Part shown: positions 43,029-53,479 of the stretch, one piece after another | Layout: the number at the start of each line of letters is the position of its first letter | Numbering within the stretch: the first letter of the stretch is position 1 | Assembly: GCA_963725045.1 (NCBI GenBank) | Contig: CAVRWY010000002.1 | Coordinates: 238,864-302,863, forward strand | Direction: 5' to 3' | DNA length: 64,000 bases | DNA from: an uncultured Gemmatimonadales bacterium | Lineage (GTDB): Bacteria; ARS69 | Notes under the pieces: generated by a model | The model's database searches: none | What the model saw: the letters and a program-made list of their open reading frames with translations, nothing else | What the model was told of the DNA's origin: nothing | Position numbers and translations under genes: made by a program

Positions 43029-43879
43029 GCCAGATCACTCCGTTCGCCGCGGTGACGCGCGCCGCAGGATAGAGCGCGGCGGCCTTCTCGCGGTTCTCGC
43101 GCATCGCCGCGAGCACGGCTTGCTTGCGCTCGCCGGTGACCAGGAAGATCACCTGCGCCGCGGCGCCGATCGCCGGCAGCGTGAGCGTGACCCGCTCGCT
43201 CGGCGTGACGCCCTTCGGAGCGGTCACCGCGTACACCCAGTGGCGCTTCTCGTCCAGAATCGGATCGCCGGGGAAGAGGGACGCGGTGTGTCCGTCTGCG
43301 CCGAGACCCAAGAGCACGACGTCGAACGTGGTGCGTCTTCCCGACGCTGCGGGACTCTCCTTGCGCAGTCCGGCCGGTGTTTCGTCCGCCGCGCGTCCCG
43401 ATCCATCGAACGTGCGCGGCGAACCGGGGGCCGCGTACGAGTAGAACTTCTTCAAGAGGCGGTCGTACTCGATCGCTGCGCCGTGTGGGTCGGGGTGCTC
43501 TCCGCGGATGCGATGCACGTTCGCGAACGGAATGGGCACATGCGCGAGCAGAGCTTCGTGCGCCATCTGGTAGTTGCTCCCCGGATCGCCGTCGGGAACG
43601 CAGCGCTCGTCTCCCCAGAACACGTGGACGCGCGGCCAATCGATGCGCCCGGCGTGTTCGGCGGCCAGCATTTCATACAGCAGACGAGGCGTGGATCCGC
43701 CGGCGAGCGCGATGCAGAACCGCCCCCGTGCGCGCACCGCGCGATCGGCCTCGTCGACGATCCTCTCCGCCCCGGCTTGCGCCACCGACTTCGGGTCGGC
43801 GTACACGTAGATTTCCGAGGAGAGCCGCGTTTCACGAGCCGCTGTCGCTCGATCCCCGATCCACCGGGGGACCGCTCAT
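42991..43879 (-). CDS. pgl: 6-phosphogluconolactonase (start approximate, 5' frameshift)
   Basis: LAGGSTP, FWGDERCV, SNY, LGLGADGHTASLFPG and RVTLT motifs. Confidence 0.93.
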
Positions 43880-45418
43880 CCGAGACTCAACCATTCCGGA
43901 GCTCCTCGAACGAAGTGCCGTTCCGCCGCTGATGGTCCCCAGCTTCCCGCCGTATAGGGGTGAATGTGTCGCTCTCCTTCGAGAAGAGTTTCGTAGAAAC
44001 TCCACGAGGCTTCGACTTCGTCGGCGTGCACGAACAACGTCTGATCTCCCACCATCACGTCCAAGAGGAGCGTCTCGTACGCTTCCGGCAGCTTCGTGAA
44101 CGCATCGCCATAACGAAACGACAGCGGAAACGTCTTCAAGTCGAACGGCTCGCCCGGCGCCTTGACGTCGAAATGCAGCGCGAACCCTTCGTCGGGCTGC
44201 AGCGTCATCAAGAGCACGTTGGAGTGGAGCAGGCACATGCCCATGGACTGGAACATGCACACCGGCGGCCGTCGAAACGTCACCGAGATCTGCGTGAGCC
44301 GCTTCTCCAGACGCTTCCCGGTGCGGATGTAGAACGGCACGCCTTGCCAGCGCCAGTTGTCGAGCGCGAGCTTGAGCGAGATGTACGTCTCGGTCGTGGA
44401 GTCGGCGGGAACGCCGGGCTCCTCGAGATAGCCGGGGACTTTGCGCCCGTCGGCTTGCCCCGGCGCGTACTGGCCGAAGACCACGTCCTTCGCCGAGATC
44501 GGCGACAACGACTTCAGGACTTTGATCTTCTCGGCGCGAATCGCTTCCGCTTCGATCGCGTAGGGAACTTCCATCGCGATCAGCGTGAAGAGCTGGGTGA
44601 GATGGTTCTGCACCATGTCGCGCAAGGCGCCGGCCTTGTCGTAGTAGCCGGCGCGATCCTCCACGCCGAGCTCTTCGGCCACGAGGATCTGCACGCTCTC
44701 CACGTGGTTGCGGTTCCATAGCGATTCGAAGATGCCGTTCGCGAGCCGAAAGACGAGGAGATTCTGGACGGTTTCCTTCCCGAGATAATGATCGATGCGG
44801 TAGACCTGCGACTCTTTGAAGTAGTGGTGCACGACCTCGTTCAGCGCGCGCGCCGAGGGAAGATCGCGTCCGAACGGCTTCTCGATCACGATGCGCGCCC
44901 ATCCCGGCGCGTCCGCGAGGCCTGCTTCGCCGAGGCCGTGAATGGTGGGCGCGAATTGCGCCGGCGGCAGACTCAGATAGAACGTGCGATTTCCGGGAAG
45001 CGACTCCTGCTTCTCCAGCTCGGCGATGCGAGCGGCCAGTGCGCGATAGTCTTGCGGGTCGCCCGACCGGCATCGCGTGGTAGTGGATGCGGTCCGCGCA
45101 CCACGCCTCCGCCTCTTCCCGCGAGAAGCGCGCTTCCACGAGCGCGTCGCGCGCGTCCGCGCGAAATCCCGCGTCGTCGAGCTCGGCGCGCCGCCCGACG
45201 GCGAGCACGTGACAGCGCTTCCCGAGAAATCCGCCGCGCTCCAAGTTGTAGAGCGCGGGGAGGAGCTTGCGCTTCGCCAGATCCCCGGTGGATCCGAAGA
45301 TGACGAAGAGATTCGGCGGGGCCGTAGCTCGCGCCGGCGGGGCCGCAGCCTCGCGCGCTGCAGTCTCACTGGCGGTCGTCTCGTGGGTGGCGTCTTGATC
45401 GATCACGGCTCGCGTCAT
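43876..45418 (-). CDS. zwf: Glucose-6-phosphate 1-dehydrogenase (frameshift near 45070)
   Basis: GSTGDLAKRKL, EKPFG, RIDHYLGKE, RDMVQNH and RTGK motifs; ATGA overlap with gnd stop. Confidence 0.96.
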
Positions 45419-46329
45419 CCGCCGCCCGTCTTCTTGATCGCGTGTCCGCCGAACTGATTGCGCATCGCCGCCAGAAGCCGGTCGCCGTAGGATTCCTCGT
45501 CGCGCGAACGCAGCCGTGCGATCAACGCATCCGTGAGAACCGGCGCGGGCACGTCCAGGTCGATCGCTTCGAACACCGTCCAGCGCCCCTCCCCGGAATC
45601 GGAGACCCACGGTGCGATGCCCTTCATGGTGGGATTTTCGGCCAGCGCTTTCGCGGTGAGATCGAGGAGCCAAGAGCGCACCACGCTCCCATGGCGCCAG
45701 ATCTCCGCCACTTGCGCGAGATCGAACTCCATCTCGCTCTTCTTCCTCAGAATCGCGAACCCTTCCGCGAAGGCTTGCATCATTCCGTACTCGATGCCGT
45801 TGTGCACCATCTTCGCGAAGTGGCCCGCGCCCGCCGGGCCGACGTGTCCCCAGCCGAGATCCTTCGACGGCGCCAGCGTCTCGAACACGCTCTTGAGGCG
45901 CGCGACCGCCTTTTTCTCTCCGCCGATCATGAGGCTGTAGCCTTCGGTGAGACCCCAGATTCCGCCGGACGTGCCCGAATCCACCATGCTCATCTTCTTG
46001 TTCTTGAACATGGCGGCGCGGCACATGGTCTCTTTGTAATTCGAATTCCCGCCATCGATGACCACGTCGCCCGGCTCCAAAAGCTCGGCGAGCTGCTCGA
46101 GCGTCTTTTGCGTGATCGCTCCGGACGGCACCATTACCCAGACCGCGCGCGGCGCTTCGAGCTTCTTCTTGAGATCGGCGAGAGACGACGCGGCCTTCGC
46201 TCCATCGGCGGCGACTGCTTTCACGGCGTCCTTGTTGGGGTCGAACGCGACGATCTCGTGTCCTCCCCGAAGGAGGCGCTTCGTCATGTTCGCGCCCATG
46301 CGCCCGAGACCCACCATGCCCAGCTTCAT
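45415..46329 (-). CDS. gnd: Decarboxylating 6-phosphogluconate dehydrogenase (short form)
   Basis: GLGRMG, DGGNS, SGG, KMVHNGIEYG, DSGEGRW and RNQFGGH motifs. Confidence 0.96.
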   Translation of the reverse strand: MKLGMVGLGRMGANMTKRLLRGGHEIVAFDPNKDAVKAVAADGAKAASSLADLKKKLEAPRAVWVMVPSGAITQKTLEQLAELLEPGDVVIDGGNSNYKETMCRAAMFKNKKMSMVDSGTSGGIWGLTEGYSLMIGGEKKAVARLKSVFETLAPSKDLGWGHVGPAGAGHFAKMVHNGIEYGMMQAFAEGFAILRKKSEMEFDLAQVAEIWRHGSVVRSWLLDLTAKALAENPTMKGIAPWVSDSGEGRWTVFEAIDLDVPAPVLTDALIARLRSRDEESYGDRLLAAMRNQFGGHAIKKTGGG

Positions 46330-46482
46330 CGCTTCATTCCTCCCTGCGTTCGGCGGCGCAGTCTAGCATCGAAACGCGCCTCTGCGCGCCCTGCGCGGGG
46401 AGGGCGCTGGCCTTCGCCGGTGAGGCTTGTGTATCATTCTCGGCACATTTCGTCCCGTTCTCGTCTGGAAAGTGAGTCGATC

Positions 46483-48282
46483 TTGCAGGACGCACTCCCC
46501 ATCTCGATCTCCGTTGTCATGACGTTGGTCACGCTCGCGAGCTCCGGGCCGCCGGATCCGGGGTCGGCGCGTGCACCCCAGGTGCCGCTCTCGTCCGGGG
46601 AAAACCGATGGTCCATCGTTGGTTCGCCCGCACTGGTGGACTCGAGCAGCACGACGGGATGCGCTTGGGGGGACTATGACGGCGACGGCGACGACGACAT
46701 CTTCTTCTCCAACGGCGACGTCCAAGGAAATCCGCACGATCAACTGATTCGCAACGATGGAGGGGGCGCGTTCACGATCGTGAACACGGGAGTCCTGGAG
46801 AGTCCCGGCCCCGAGCGGGCCGCGTACTGGGGGGACTACGACAACGACGGAGACCTCGATCTTCTCTCGGCGTCCTGGGGACCGGAGCGGCTCTATCGCA
46901 ACGACGGTCTCGGACATTTTCAGGAAGTCGTGGTGCCGGCGTTCCAGAACGGTTCGGATACGTTCGGCGCGGCTTGGGTCGACATCGACAACGACGGCGA
47001 CCTCGACTTGTCGTTCGCGCACGAAGACCAGCCTCCGCAGCTCATGCGCAACGACGGATCTTTCGGGTTCACCGAGGTCACGCCGCCCTCCTTCCTCGAA
47101 TTGAATCCGTCCTTTTCGATGGCGACGGCGTGGTCGGACATCGACGGTGACCGCGACCAAGACGTTTACATCGTGAGGAACTCGCTTCCCAATGTTCTGC
47201 TGCGCAACGATGGAGGGTTCGAGTTCACGGACATCACCGCGCCACCGATCGGCACGATCGGGGCCGGACACGGTGCCTCGTGGGGCGACGCCGACGGAGA
47301 CGGCCTTTTCGATCTGTACGTCACGAATCTGGGGACCGGGAACAGATTGTTCCGCAACCTCGGCAACGGCACGTTCAGCGACATGACCTTCGGAGAGCCG
47401 GCGGCTTCCGGCTACAGCGCCGGGTGCGCGTGGGGAGACTACGACAACGACGGGCGCCTCGACCTCTACTTCACGAATGCGTTTGCGGTGAACAAGCTCC
47501 TGCACAACGAGGGGAATTTCCAGTTCACGTTCGCGAGCGAAGGACCCCTGCTCTTGGTCGGTGTCGGGGGTGGAACTTCGTTTTGCGACTTCGATCTGGA
47601 CGGCGATCTCGACCTTCTGCTGGCGAATCTCGACGAGCCCCAATCGAACCGGCTCTTTCGCAATGGCCGTGCGCCGGACAGCGGTTTCCTTGAAGTCTCG
47701 CTGGCAGGGACCACGTCGAACCGGTACGGAATCGGAGCGCGCATCGGAGTGTGGGCGAACGGTCTCGAGCAATGGCGTGAGATCTCCGCGGGATCCGGTT
47801 TCTCTTCCGAAGATCCTCTCCGCGCCCACTTCGGTTTGGGCGACGCACCCTCGAGTGGATCGGGAATCGATTCCGTCGAAGTGCAGTGGCCCTCGGGGAT
47901 CGATCAAGTGGTGCGGGACATCGCGGTGAATCAGCGCATCACCATCGTGGAGACGGATCCCGCGACGGGGATCCCGGGCCACGACGAAGGAACCCCGGCG
48001 TCGCTCACGACGGAAATCGTCTCCATCCGCCCGAACCCGTTCCGCGACGCCGCGTCGATCGTCGTGCGTCTCACGCGGGCCGGAGTCGCAGGGCTTGCGA
48101 TCTTCGATGTCCAAGGACGTCGCGTGCGGCACTGGAATGCGACGCAGCTTCCCGAAGGCGAATCGGTCATTTCGTGGGATGGTGCGGACGAAGACGGCGC
48201 GCCGCTTCCCGCGGGCGTTTACTGGGCGCGACTGCAGAGCGAGGCAACGACCCGTACCCGAAAGCTCGTTCTCATTCAGTAG
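46483..48282 (+). CDS. FG-GAP/VCBS repeat protein with ASPIC/UnbV domain and FlgD-Ig CTD (start approximate)
   Basis: Seven W/F-x-DxDxDGDxD repeats; SNRYGIGAR, HFGLG and WPSG (UnbV); PNPF...WDG.D...GVYW. Confidence 0.88.
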   Translation: MQDALPISISVVMTLVTLASSGPPDPGSARAPQVPLSSGENRWSIVGSPALVDSSSTTGCAWGDYDGDGDDDIFFSNGDVQGNPHDQLIRNDGGGAFTIVNTGVLESPGPERAAYWGDYDNDGDLDLLSASWGPERLYRNDGLGHFQEVVVPAFQNGSDTFGAAWVDIDNDGDLDLSFAHEDQPPQLMRNDGSFGFTEVTPPSFLELNPSFSMATAWSDIDGDRDQDVYIVRNSLPNVLLRNDGGFEFTDITAPPIGTIGAGHGASWGDADGDGLFDLYVTNLGTGNRLFRNLGNGTFSDMTFGEPAASGYSAGCAWGDYDNDGRLDLYFTNAFAVNKLLHNEGNFQFTFASEGPLLLVGVGGGTSFCDFDLDGDLDLLLANLDEPQSNRLFRNGRAPDSGFLEVSLAGTTSNRYGIGARIGVWANGLEQWREISAGSGFSSEDPLRAHFGLGDAPSSGSGIDSVEVQWPSGIDQVVRDIAVNQRITIVETDPATGIPGHDEGTPASLTTEIVSIRPNPFRDAASIVVRLTRAGVAGLAIFDVQGRRVRHWNATQLPEGESVISWDGADEDGAPLPAGVYWARLQSEATTRTRKLVLIQ

Positions 48283-48977
48283 GAGTCGGCGAGAGGAGCA
48301 GTCGGATCGGGCTCGATGCAGGCGGGATCATCGTTTGCCGCGGAATTCACGCGGCGCGTCACCGGATGCATTTCCATTTCCTCTGCCGCGATCGGGCGCA
48401 GGATCTCGAGTAGCCCCTCGACGTCTTCGTTCTCCGGATCGAGCCAGACGTCGCGCAGTCCCTCCGGAATGATGACCGGCATCCGATGATGGATCGTGGA
48501 GACGAGCGCGTTGGGAGAACCGGTGACGATCGTGCACGTCAGGATGTCCTCACCGGAGGGCGCGCGCCAACTGGACCAAAGTCCCGCGAACGTGAACGGC
48601 CGTCGCGACTTCATGCGCACGTAGTACGGGGCGCGCGGCTTCCCCTTCTCCGTCTCGTGCCATTCGAAGAATCCGTCGGCGAGCACGAGGCAACGGCGCG
48701 TCTTCAATGCGTCGCGAAAGCTCGGCTTCTCGGCGAGCGTTTCCACGCGCGCGTTGATCATGGGAGCCGGTTTCGCGGGGCCCTTCGTCCACCAGGGAAT
48801 CAATCCCCACTGGAAGAGCGCGAAGCGCACGCCCTGATCGCGAATCAAGACAGGCACGAGCTGCGTCGGCGCGATGTTGTAGCGCGCTTGCAGGCCTTCG
48901 GGGATCGCGTCGAGTGGGAGCCCCAGCTCCTTCGCGAGATCTTCGCGGCGGGTGATGAGCGTGTAGCGCCCGCACAT
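48276..48977 (-). CDS. SOS response-associated peptidase (SRAP/YedK/HMCES abasic-site processing protein)
   Basis: N-terminal MCGRY; RYNIAPTQ, WGLIP, NARVET, RRCL..ADGFFEW and IHHRMPVI motifs. Confidence 0.95.
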   Translation of the reverse strand: MCGRYTLITRREDLAKELGLPLDAIPEGLQARYNIAPTQLVPVLIRDQGVRFALFQWGLIPWWTKGPAKPAPMINARVETLAEKPSFRDALKTRRCLVLADGFFEWHETEKGKPRAPYYVRMKSRRPFTFAGLWSSWRAPSGEDILTCTIVTGSPNALVSTIHHRMPVIIPEGLRDVWLDPENEDVEGLLEILRPIAAEEMEMHPVTRRVNSAANDDPACIEPDPTAPLADSY

Positions 48978-48988
48978 CGAGGCGGAAG

Positions 48989-49318
48989 CTAGACGATCTC
49001 TTCGATCTTTGCGGCCAAGATGAAGTCGCTTTCGGTGAGCCCGTCGATCTTGTGGGTCCAGATCACGATTTTGACCTTGCCCCACGCCAGATGAAGATCG
49101 GGATGATGACCCTGTTCCTCGGCCAACGCTCCGATGCGATTCACTGCGGCGAGCGCCTGCACGAAATCGGGAAACTTGTATTCCTTCCACAGATGATGGT
49201 CGCGCTCCACCTGCCAGCCCGGAACCTGAGGAAGCAGTTCCTGAATCCTTTCGCGGGGGAGCGGCGGGACGCCTCCCGTGCAGGGAATGCATTCCTTCTT
49301 GGAGAGTTCGGTGGACAT
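48989..49318 (-). CDS. 4a-hydroxytetrahydrobiopterin dehydratase (PCD/PhhB family)
   Basis: CIPC.GG, AEEQGHHPD and WTHKIDGLTESDFILAAKI motifs. Confidence 0.93.
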   Translation of the reverse strand: MSTELSKKECIPCTGGVPPLPRERIQELLPQVPGWQVERDHHLWKEYKFPDFVQALAAVNRIGALAEEQGHHPDLHLAWGKVKIVIWTHKIDGLTESDFILAAKIEEIV

Positions 49319-49380
49319 CACATTCTCCCGGGGAAAAGCGGGGCGCAGCTCGCGCCAGTTGCAGCTCTCCGAGGAATCTA

Positions 49381-50322
49381 TCACTCGGGCGTCGTTCCCG
49401 ACAGGGGTGCGGAATCTCCGGGCCGCGGGTCAGGGATGCGCGTGGATGCGGGCGGGACCACGCCGCCGCCGTACACGACGCCGTCCTCCGCCGGGGGCTC
49501 GCCCGGCTCGGGCGCGGCTTTCGTATTCAGCACCAGAATCGCGATGCGGCGATTGCGCGCGTTCGTGGGATCGTCGGGAAACTTGGGGCGCGTGTCGGCG
49601 AATCCCTTGATCTCCTCGATCTGCGACGCCCCCACGCCGCTCGACTGCAGGAGCAAGCGCGTCGAGTTCGCGCGATCCGTGGAGAGCTCCCAGTTGGTGT
49701 ACCTCGCGTCCTTGGAGTACTGGATGCTGTCCGTATACCCTTCCACGGCGATGCCGCGTCCCATGGGCCCCACGATCTTGGCGACGGCGGCGACCACCTC
49801 CGTGCCTTGCGGGGAGAGCTTCGCTCCGCCCACTTCGAAGAAGTGCGAGTTGTCCTTCTCCATGATCTGGATGCGCAGCCCCTCGGCGGTCGCTTCGACT
49901 TCGATCTGATCCATGATCTCGCGAAGCTCCGTGATCTGATCGAGCGCTTCCATGACCTTCTTCGCTTCCTGCTCGAGCTTCGGCTTGATCTCGGATTGCT
50001 GATCGAACACGACGATCGTGGTCGGCGACTTCGCTTCTCCGCCGGAGCGCGTCACGCCGCCTTCCAGAAGAGTGACGCCGCCCGCTTGGCCGAATGCGAC
50101 CGGATCCTGGAAATATCCGGCGATGTTCTGCTTCACTTCCTCGGATTGGCTCACCAGCCACATCACCAGGAAGAACGCCATCATCGCGGTGACGAAGTCG
50201 GCATAGGCCACCTTCCACGCGCCGCCGTGATGGCCGTGGTCCGCGTGCTTCCGCCTCTTCTTGATGATGACGGTGGCGGCGTGCTTGTCCCCCGGCTCGG
50301 GAGGAGGCGCCGGTTGCGACAT
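49381..50322 (-). CDS. motB: Flagellar motor stator protein MotB
   Basis: HGGAWKVAYADFVTAMMAFFLVMWL TM with conserved Asp; OmpA-like domain (GYTD, NWELSTDRAN, NRRI). Confidence 0.93.
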   Translation of the reverse strand: MSQPAPPPEPGDKHAATVIIKKRRKHADHGHHGGAWKVAYADFVTAMMAFFLVMWLVSQSEEVKQNIAGYFQDPVAFGQAGGVTLLEGGVTRSGGEAKSPTTIVVFDQQSEIKPKLEQEAKKVMEALDQITELREIMDQIEVEATAEGLRIQIMEKDNSHFFEVGGAKLSPQGTEVVAAVAKIVGPMGRGIAVEGYTDSIQYSKDARYTNWELSTDRANSTRLLLQSSGVGASQIEEIKGFADTRPKFPDDPTNARNRRIAILVLNTKAAPEPGEPPAEDGVVYGGGVVPPASTRIPDPRPGDSAPLSGTTPE

Positions 50323-50328
50323 GGGCGC

Positions 50329-51198
50329 CTACGACTTCCCGGAGGAGCGCGAGGCGCTGCAGGCCTTCTCCAGCTCCGCGAATCCCGGCCGCTGCGCAGA
50401 GAGGATCGAGCGGCGCGCGAACTCCACGGCGGTCGCGGGCATCGAGCCCTTGTGGAACGCGAGCAGCACCTGCTTGATCGCGAGGAGATAGCGTCCCTCT
50501 TCCTCCGCCTTCGAGCCGAGGTTGGTGGAGAGAGGCTGCAGAAATCCGTACGCCAGGAGCACGCCCAGGAACGTCCCGACGAGCGCAGCGCCGACGTGAT
50601 GGCCGATCTCCGCGGGAGGTCCGTCGATGTGTCCCATGGTGATCACGATTCCGAGAACGGCCGCGACGATGCCGAGCCCGGGGAGCGCATCGCCCACGAC
50701 CTGGAGAATTTTCGACGGCTTGCTGTGCTCGTGATGCGCCGTCTCCAGATCGATGTCCATGAGCTCGTCGAGATCGTGCGGAGCGAGGTTCGCGTCGGAG
50801 ATCACCAGGCGAAGCGTGTCGGTGAGGAACGTCATCGCGTGATGATTCGAGACGAACTTGGGGTACTTCTTGAAGATCGCGCTCTCCTTCGGCGTCTCGA
50901 CGTGATTCTCGAGTCCCATGAGCCCGTCACGACGCGCGAGATTCAGGATCTCGTACATCATGGTGAGCAGTTCGAGGTAGTCCTTGCGCGAAGGTCCCGA
51001 AGCGGGAAGACGCGCGAGCTGCTTGAGCGTCGCGGTGAGCGCACGCGGGCTGTTCGCAATGAGCATGGAACCGATCGCGGCTCCGCCGATGACCACGAAC
51101 TCGGCCGGCTGGAAGAGCACGAGAACGTGCCCGCCGGCCATGAGGTATCCGCCCAGGACGGCCCCGATGACCGCCAGGATGCCGAGAATTGCGACCAT
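50329..51198 (-). CDS. motA: Flagellar motor stator protein MotA
   Basis: QPAEFVVIGG, R..GL..LE, LPGLGIVAAVLG, ALVGTFLG and AVEFAR motifs. Confidence 0.93.
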   Translation of the reverse strand: MVAILGILAVIGAVLGGYLMAGGHVLVLFQPAEFVVIGGAAIGSMLIANSPRALTATLKQLARLPASGPSRKDYLELLTMMYEILNLARRDGLMGLENHVETPKESAIFKKYPKFVSNHHAMTFLTDTLRLVISDANLAPHDLDELMDIDLETAHHEHSKPSKILQVVGDALPGLGIVAAVLGIVITMGHIDGPPAEIGHHVGAALVGTFLGVLLAYGFLQPLSTNLGSKAEEEGRYLLAIKQVLLAFHKGSMPATAVEFARRSILSAQRPGFAELEKACSASRSSGKS

Positions 51199-51205
51199 GG
51201 GTGGT

Positions 51206-51233
51206 GAATCGACGGAAAACTTGCCGATCTTGA
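51206..51233 (-). promoter_or_regulatory. Sigma28 (FliA)-like promoter candidate for motA
   Basis: Minus strand TCAA-N16-GTCGATTC, close to the consensus TAAA-N15/16-GCCGATAA, immediately upstream of the motA ATG. Confidence 0.4.
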
Positions 51234-51297
51234 GTGGGCTTGACCGCTCGGAACGGGGGATCGGCTCAGGGCGGCCGCCGCCCGGGAAACCCGAGGG

Positions 51298-52122
51298 CTA
51301 GAACCCGTGCTCGACCGAGAGATAGAGGAAAAAGGAGGTCTCCGACTCCCCCTCGATCCAGGTCACCGGGACCGCGAATCCCGGGACGATCTGGACGCCC
51401 CCGGTGTCGATCGCGGCGCGGACGCCCGGGGAGAGCGTGAATGCCGTGGCGCGCTCCGTGGATCCGTCGCCGGCAATTTCTTCCTCGTCGAGAAGGACGG
51501 ATTCCAGGAGGAGCTGGACCTTGCGGTCGATCGGTCCCACGAGGCTCGCGGCGGCATTGAAGAATTCGAGGTCGCGCTCGGCGCGAGTTCCGTCATCGAT
51601 GCGCCGCTTCGCATCGGGAAGCCAGGTGAAGCCGACGTTCGCGTGCGCGGCCAGGTGCTCTCCGATCTCGACCGAAAGCGGGAGATTCGTCTGGGCTCCC
51701 CAAGAGCCCGCGCCAAGCCCTTCGTCTTCGTCGCCGACGGGAACGACAAGGCTCACTCGAGGGGCCAGCGCCCACGCTTCGGTTCCGCCGAGTTGCAGGC
51801 GGTAATTCAGGAAAAGATCGCCGAGCCCATTGGGATCGTCTCCGTCGAGGGCGGCCCCGGTCAGCGTGAAGCTCCCTTGATGGCGCTGGCTCCACAGCGG
51901 CCATTCCTGAGTGAAGGATCCGAAGACGTCCCCGCGATCGGCGCCCGTGAAGAAGGCCGTGGCGACGTGTTGCACGACGCCGGGCTCCTGGTTGTACGCC
52001 TCTTCGACGAGGAAGGAATTGTCGGAGATCGCGGCCTCGGCCCAGGCCCCGCGAGGAAGCGCGGCGAGGAAGAGCGCGGCGAATCCGAGCACGGAGAAAT
52101 ACGATCGATGATGAAGCGCCAT
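51298..52122 (-). CDS. Putative outer-membrane beta-barrel ('transporter', MetA-pathway-like family)
   Basis: Signal peptide ending AWA-E; ISDNSFLVEEAYNQEPGVVQH; amphipathic beta strands; C-terminal YLSVEHGF beta-signal. Confidence 0.8.
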   Translation of the reverse strand: MALHHRSYFSVLGFAALFLAALPRGAWAEAAISDNSFLVEEAYNQEPGVVQHVATAFFTGADRGDVFGSFTQEWPLWSQRHQGSFTLTGAALDGDDPNGLGDLFLNYRLQLGGTEAWALAPRVSLVVPVGDEDEGLGAGSWGAQTNLPLSVEIGEHLAAHANVGFTWLPDAKRRIDDGTRAERDLEFFNAAASLVGPIDRKVQLLLESVLLDEEEIAGDGSTERATAFTLSPGVRAAIDTGGVQIVPGFAVPVTWIEGESETSFFLYLSVEHGF

Positions 52123-52137
52123 GGAATCCCTCCGGGG

Positions 52138-52178
52138 ACTTAACCATGGTTTACTACATCTCAAAACTATGGTCAAGT
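52138..52178. promoter_or_regulatory. AT-rich inverted repeat operator overlapping a sigma70-like promoter
   Basis: ACTTAACCATGGTTT-N11-AAACTATGGTCAAGT (13/15 complementary); minus strand TTGACC-N17-TAAACC. Confidence 0.55.
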
Positions 52179-52267
52179 GACGTGCGGCGCCCGCTCCGGG
52201 AATGCCGCTGCCGACTCGCCCCCGAGGTGAATTGCGCGGTACCGCGCCCCCTGCAATACTGCGCGCC

Positions 52268-53469
52268 ATGGCTGTCGCACCCTCCGTCCTCGTCGACTAC
52301 GGGCCGCCCTCCGGACCGCAAGAGGTCGCGGAGATGGTGCGCATTCTCATGTGGTCGTTCGCCGCGAACGAAGAACGGCTGACGAAGGCGACCGAGCAGA
52401 TCGGCCACGGGAATCTTCGCGTGCTCCGCGAGCGCGGGAAGCTCGCCGCCGGCGAGATCCTTTACCCGATGGGCCAATGGTTCGGCGGCCGGCGCGTGTC
52501 CATGGCCGGAATCGGCATGGTCGGGCGTGGCGCCGGATGCGCGTGGATCGGGAGTCGCGACGCGGCTCATGGAAGCGACGATCCGTGAATGCCACACGTC
52601 CGGCTTCGCGATCTCTACGCTCTTTCCCGCGAAGCAAGTGCTCTACCGACGCTCCGGGTACGAGCGCGCGGGCAGTGCGCTGCCGCGTGGAAGTGGAGCT
52701 GGAGCGCATGGTGCTCGCGGAGCGCGAAGGACCGCGCGGTCGGGTGCGGGCGTTCACGCCCTCCGACGTCGACACGGTGCGCGCGCTGTACGACCGCGCC
52801 GCCGCGGGCGAGAACGGAATGATCGATCGCGCGCCGTTCATTTGGGATCGGCGCATGCGACTTCCCGATCACGACGTGCGCGGATTCATCGTCGAAGGGG
52901 AGTCCGGCCCCGAGGGCTACTCGTTCCTGTATCAGGACAAGAGCACGGGACTGCGTTCCAGTCTGCACGTGACCGATCACGTCGCCGTGACCGGCGCGGC
53001 GCTGCGCACGCTGGTCGAGCTGTATGCCGATCATCGATCGATGGGATCGTACGTGGAGTGGTTCGGACGCTTGTCCGATCCTCTGCTCATGGTGCTCCGC
53101 GAGACGCGAACGAAAGTGGAGCTCTTCTTCCCGTGGATGATCCGGATCGTCGACGTGGAGCGTGCGTTCGCAGAGCGCGGGTATCCGGTCGGCCTCGACA
53201 CGGAGATCCATCTCGCGGTGAAAGACGAGCTGATCGCCTCCAACGACGATCGATTCATCGTGCGGATCGGGGGAGAGCGGGCCGAGGTTCGCCGCGGCGG
53301 CGAGGGCCGAATCGCGACCGGAGTGCGCGGTCTCGCTTCGATCTGGTCCGGATTCTTGACCCCGGCGACCGCGCGGCAATGCGGACTCCTGGACGGCCCC
53401 GAGGAAGAGCTGGCCCGTGCGGCCGCGGTGTTCGCCGGTCCGGCACCGTGGATGCCGGACATGTTCTAG
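52268..53469 (+). CDS. Eis-like GNAT acetyltransferase with SCP2 C-terminal domain (two frameshifts)
   Basis: QWFGGRRVSMAGI, APDARGSGVA, LYRRSGYE, WMIRIVDV..A...RGYP and C-terminal PWMPDMF. Confidence 0.88.
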
Positions 53470-53479
53470 GACGAAACGA

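Noticed and set aside
46660-47620. DNA tandem repeat or DGR-like template/variable repeats in the GACxACGACxxCGACGG units
   Set aside because: These are protein-level FG-GAP calcium-binding repeats; there is no reverse transcriptase and no adenine-specific variation.
49381-51198. Zorya (ZorAB) anti-phage system
   Set aside because: MotA lacks the long ZorA tail, MotB has the canonical flagellar WKVAYADF motif, and no zorC/D/E genes are adjacent.
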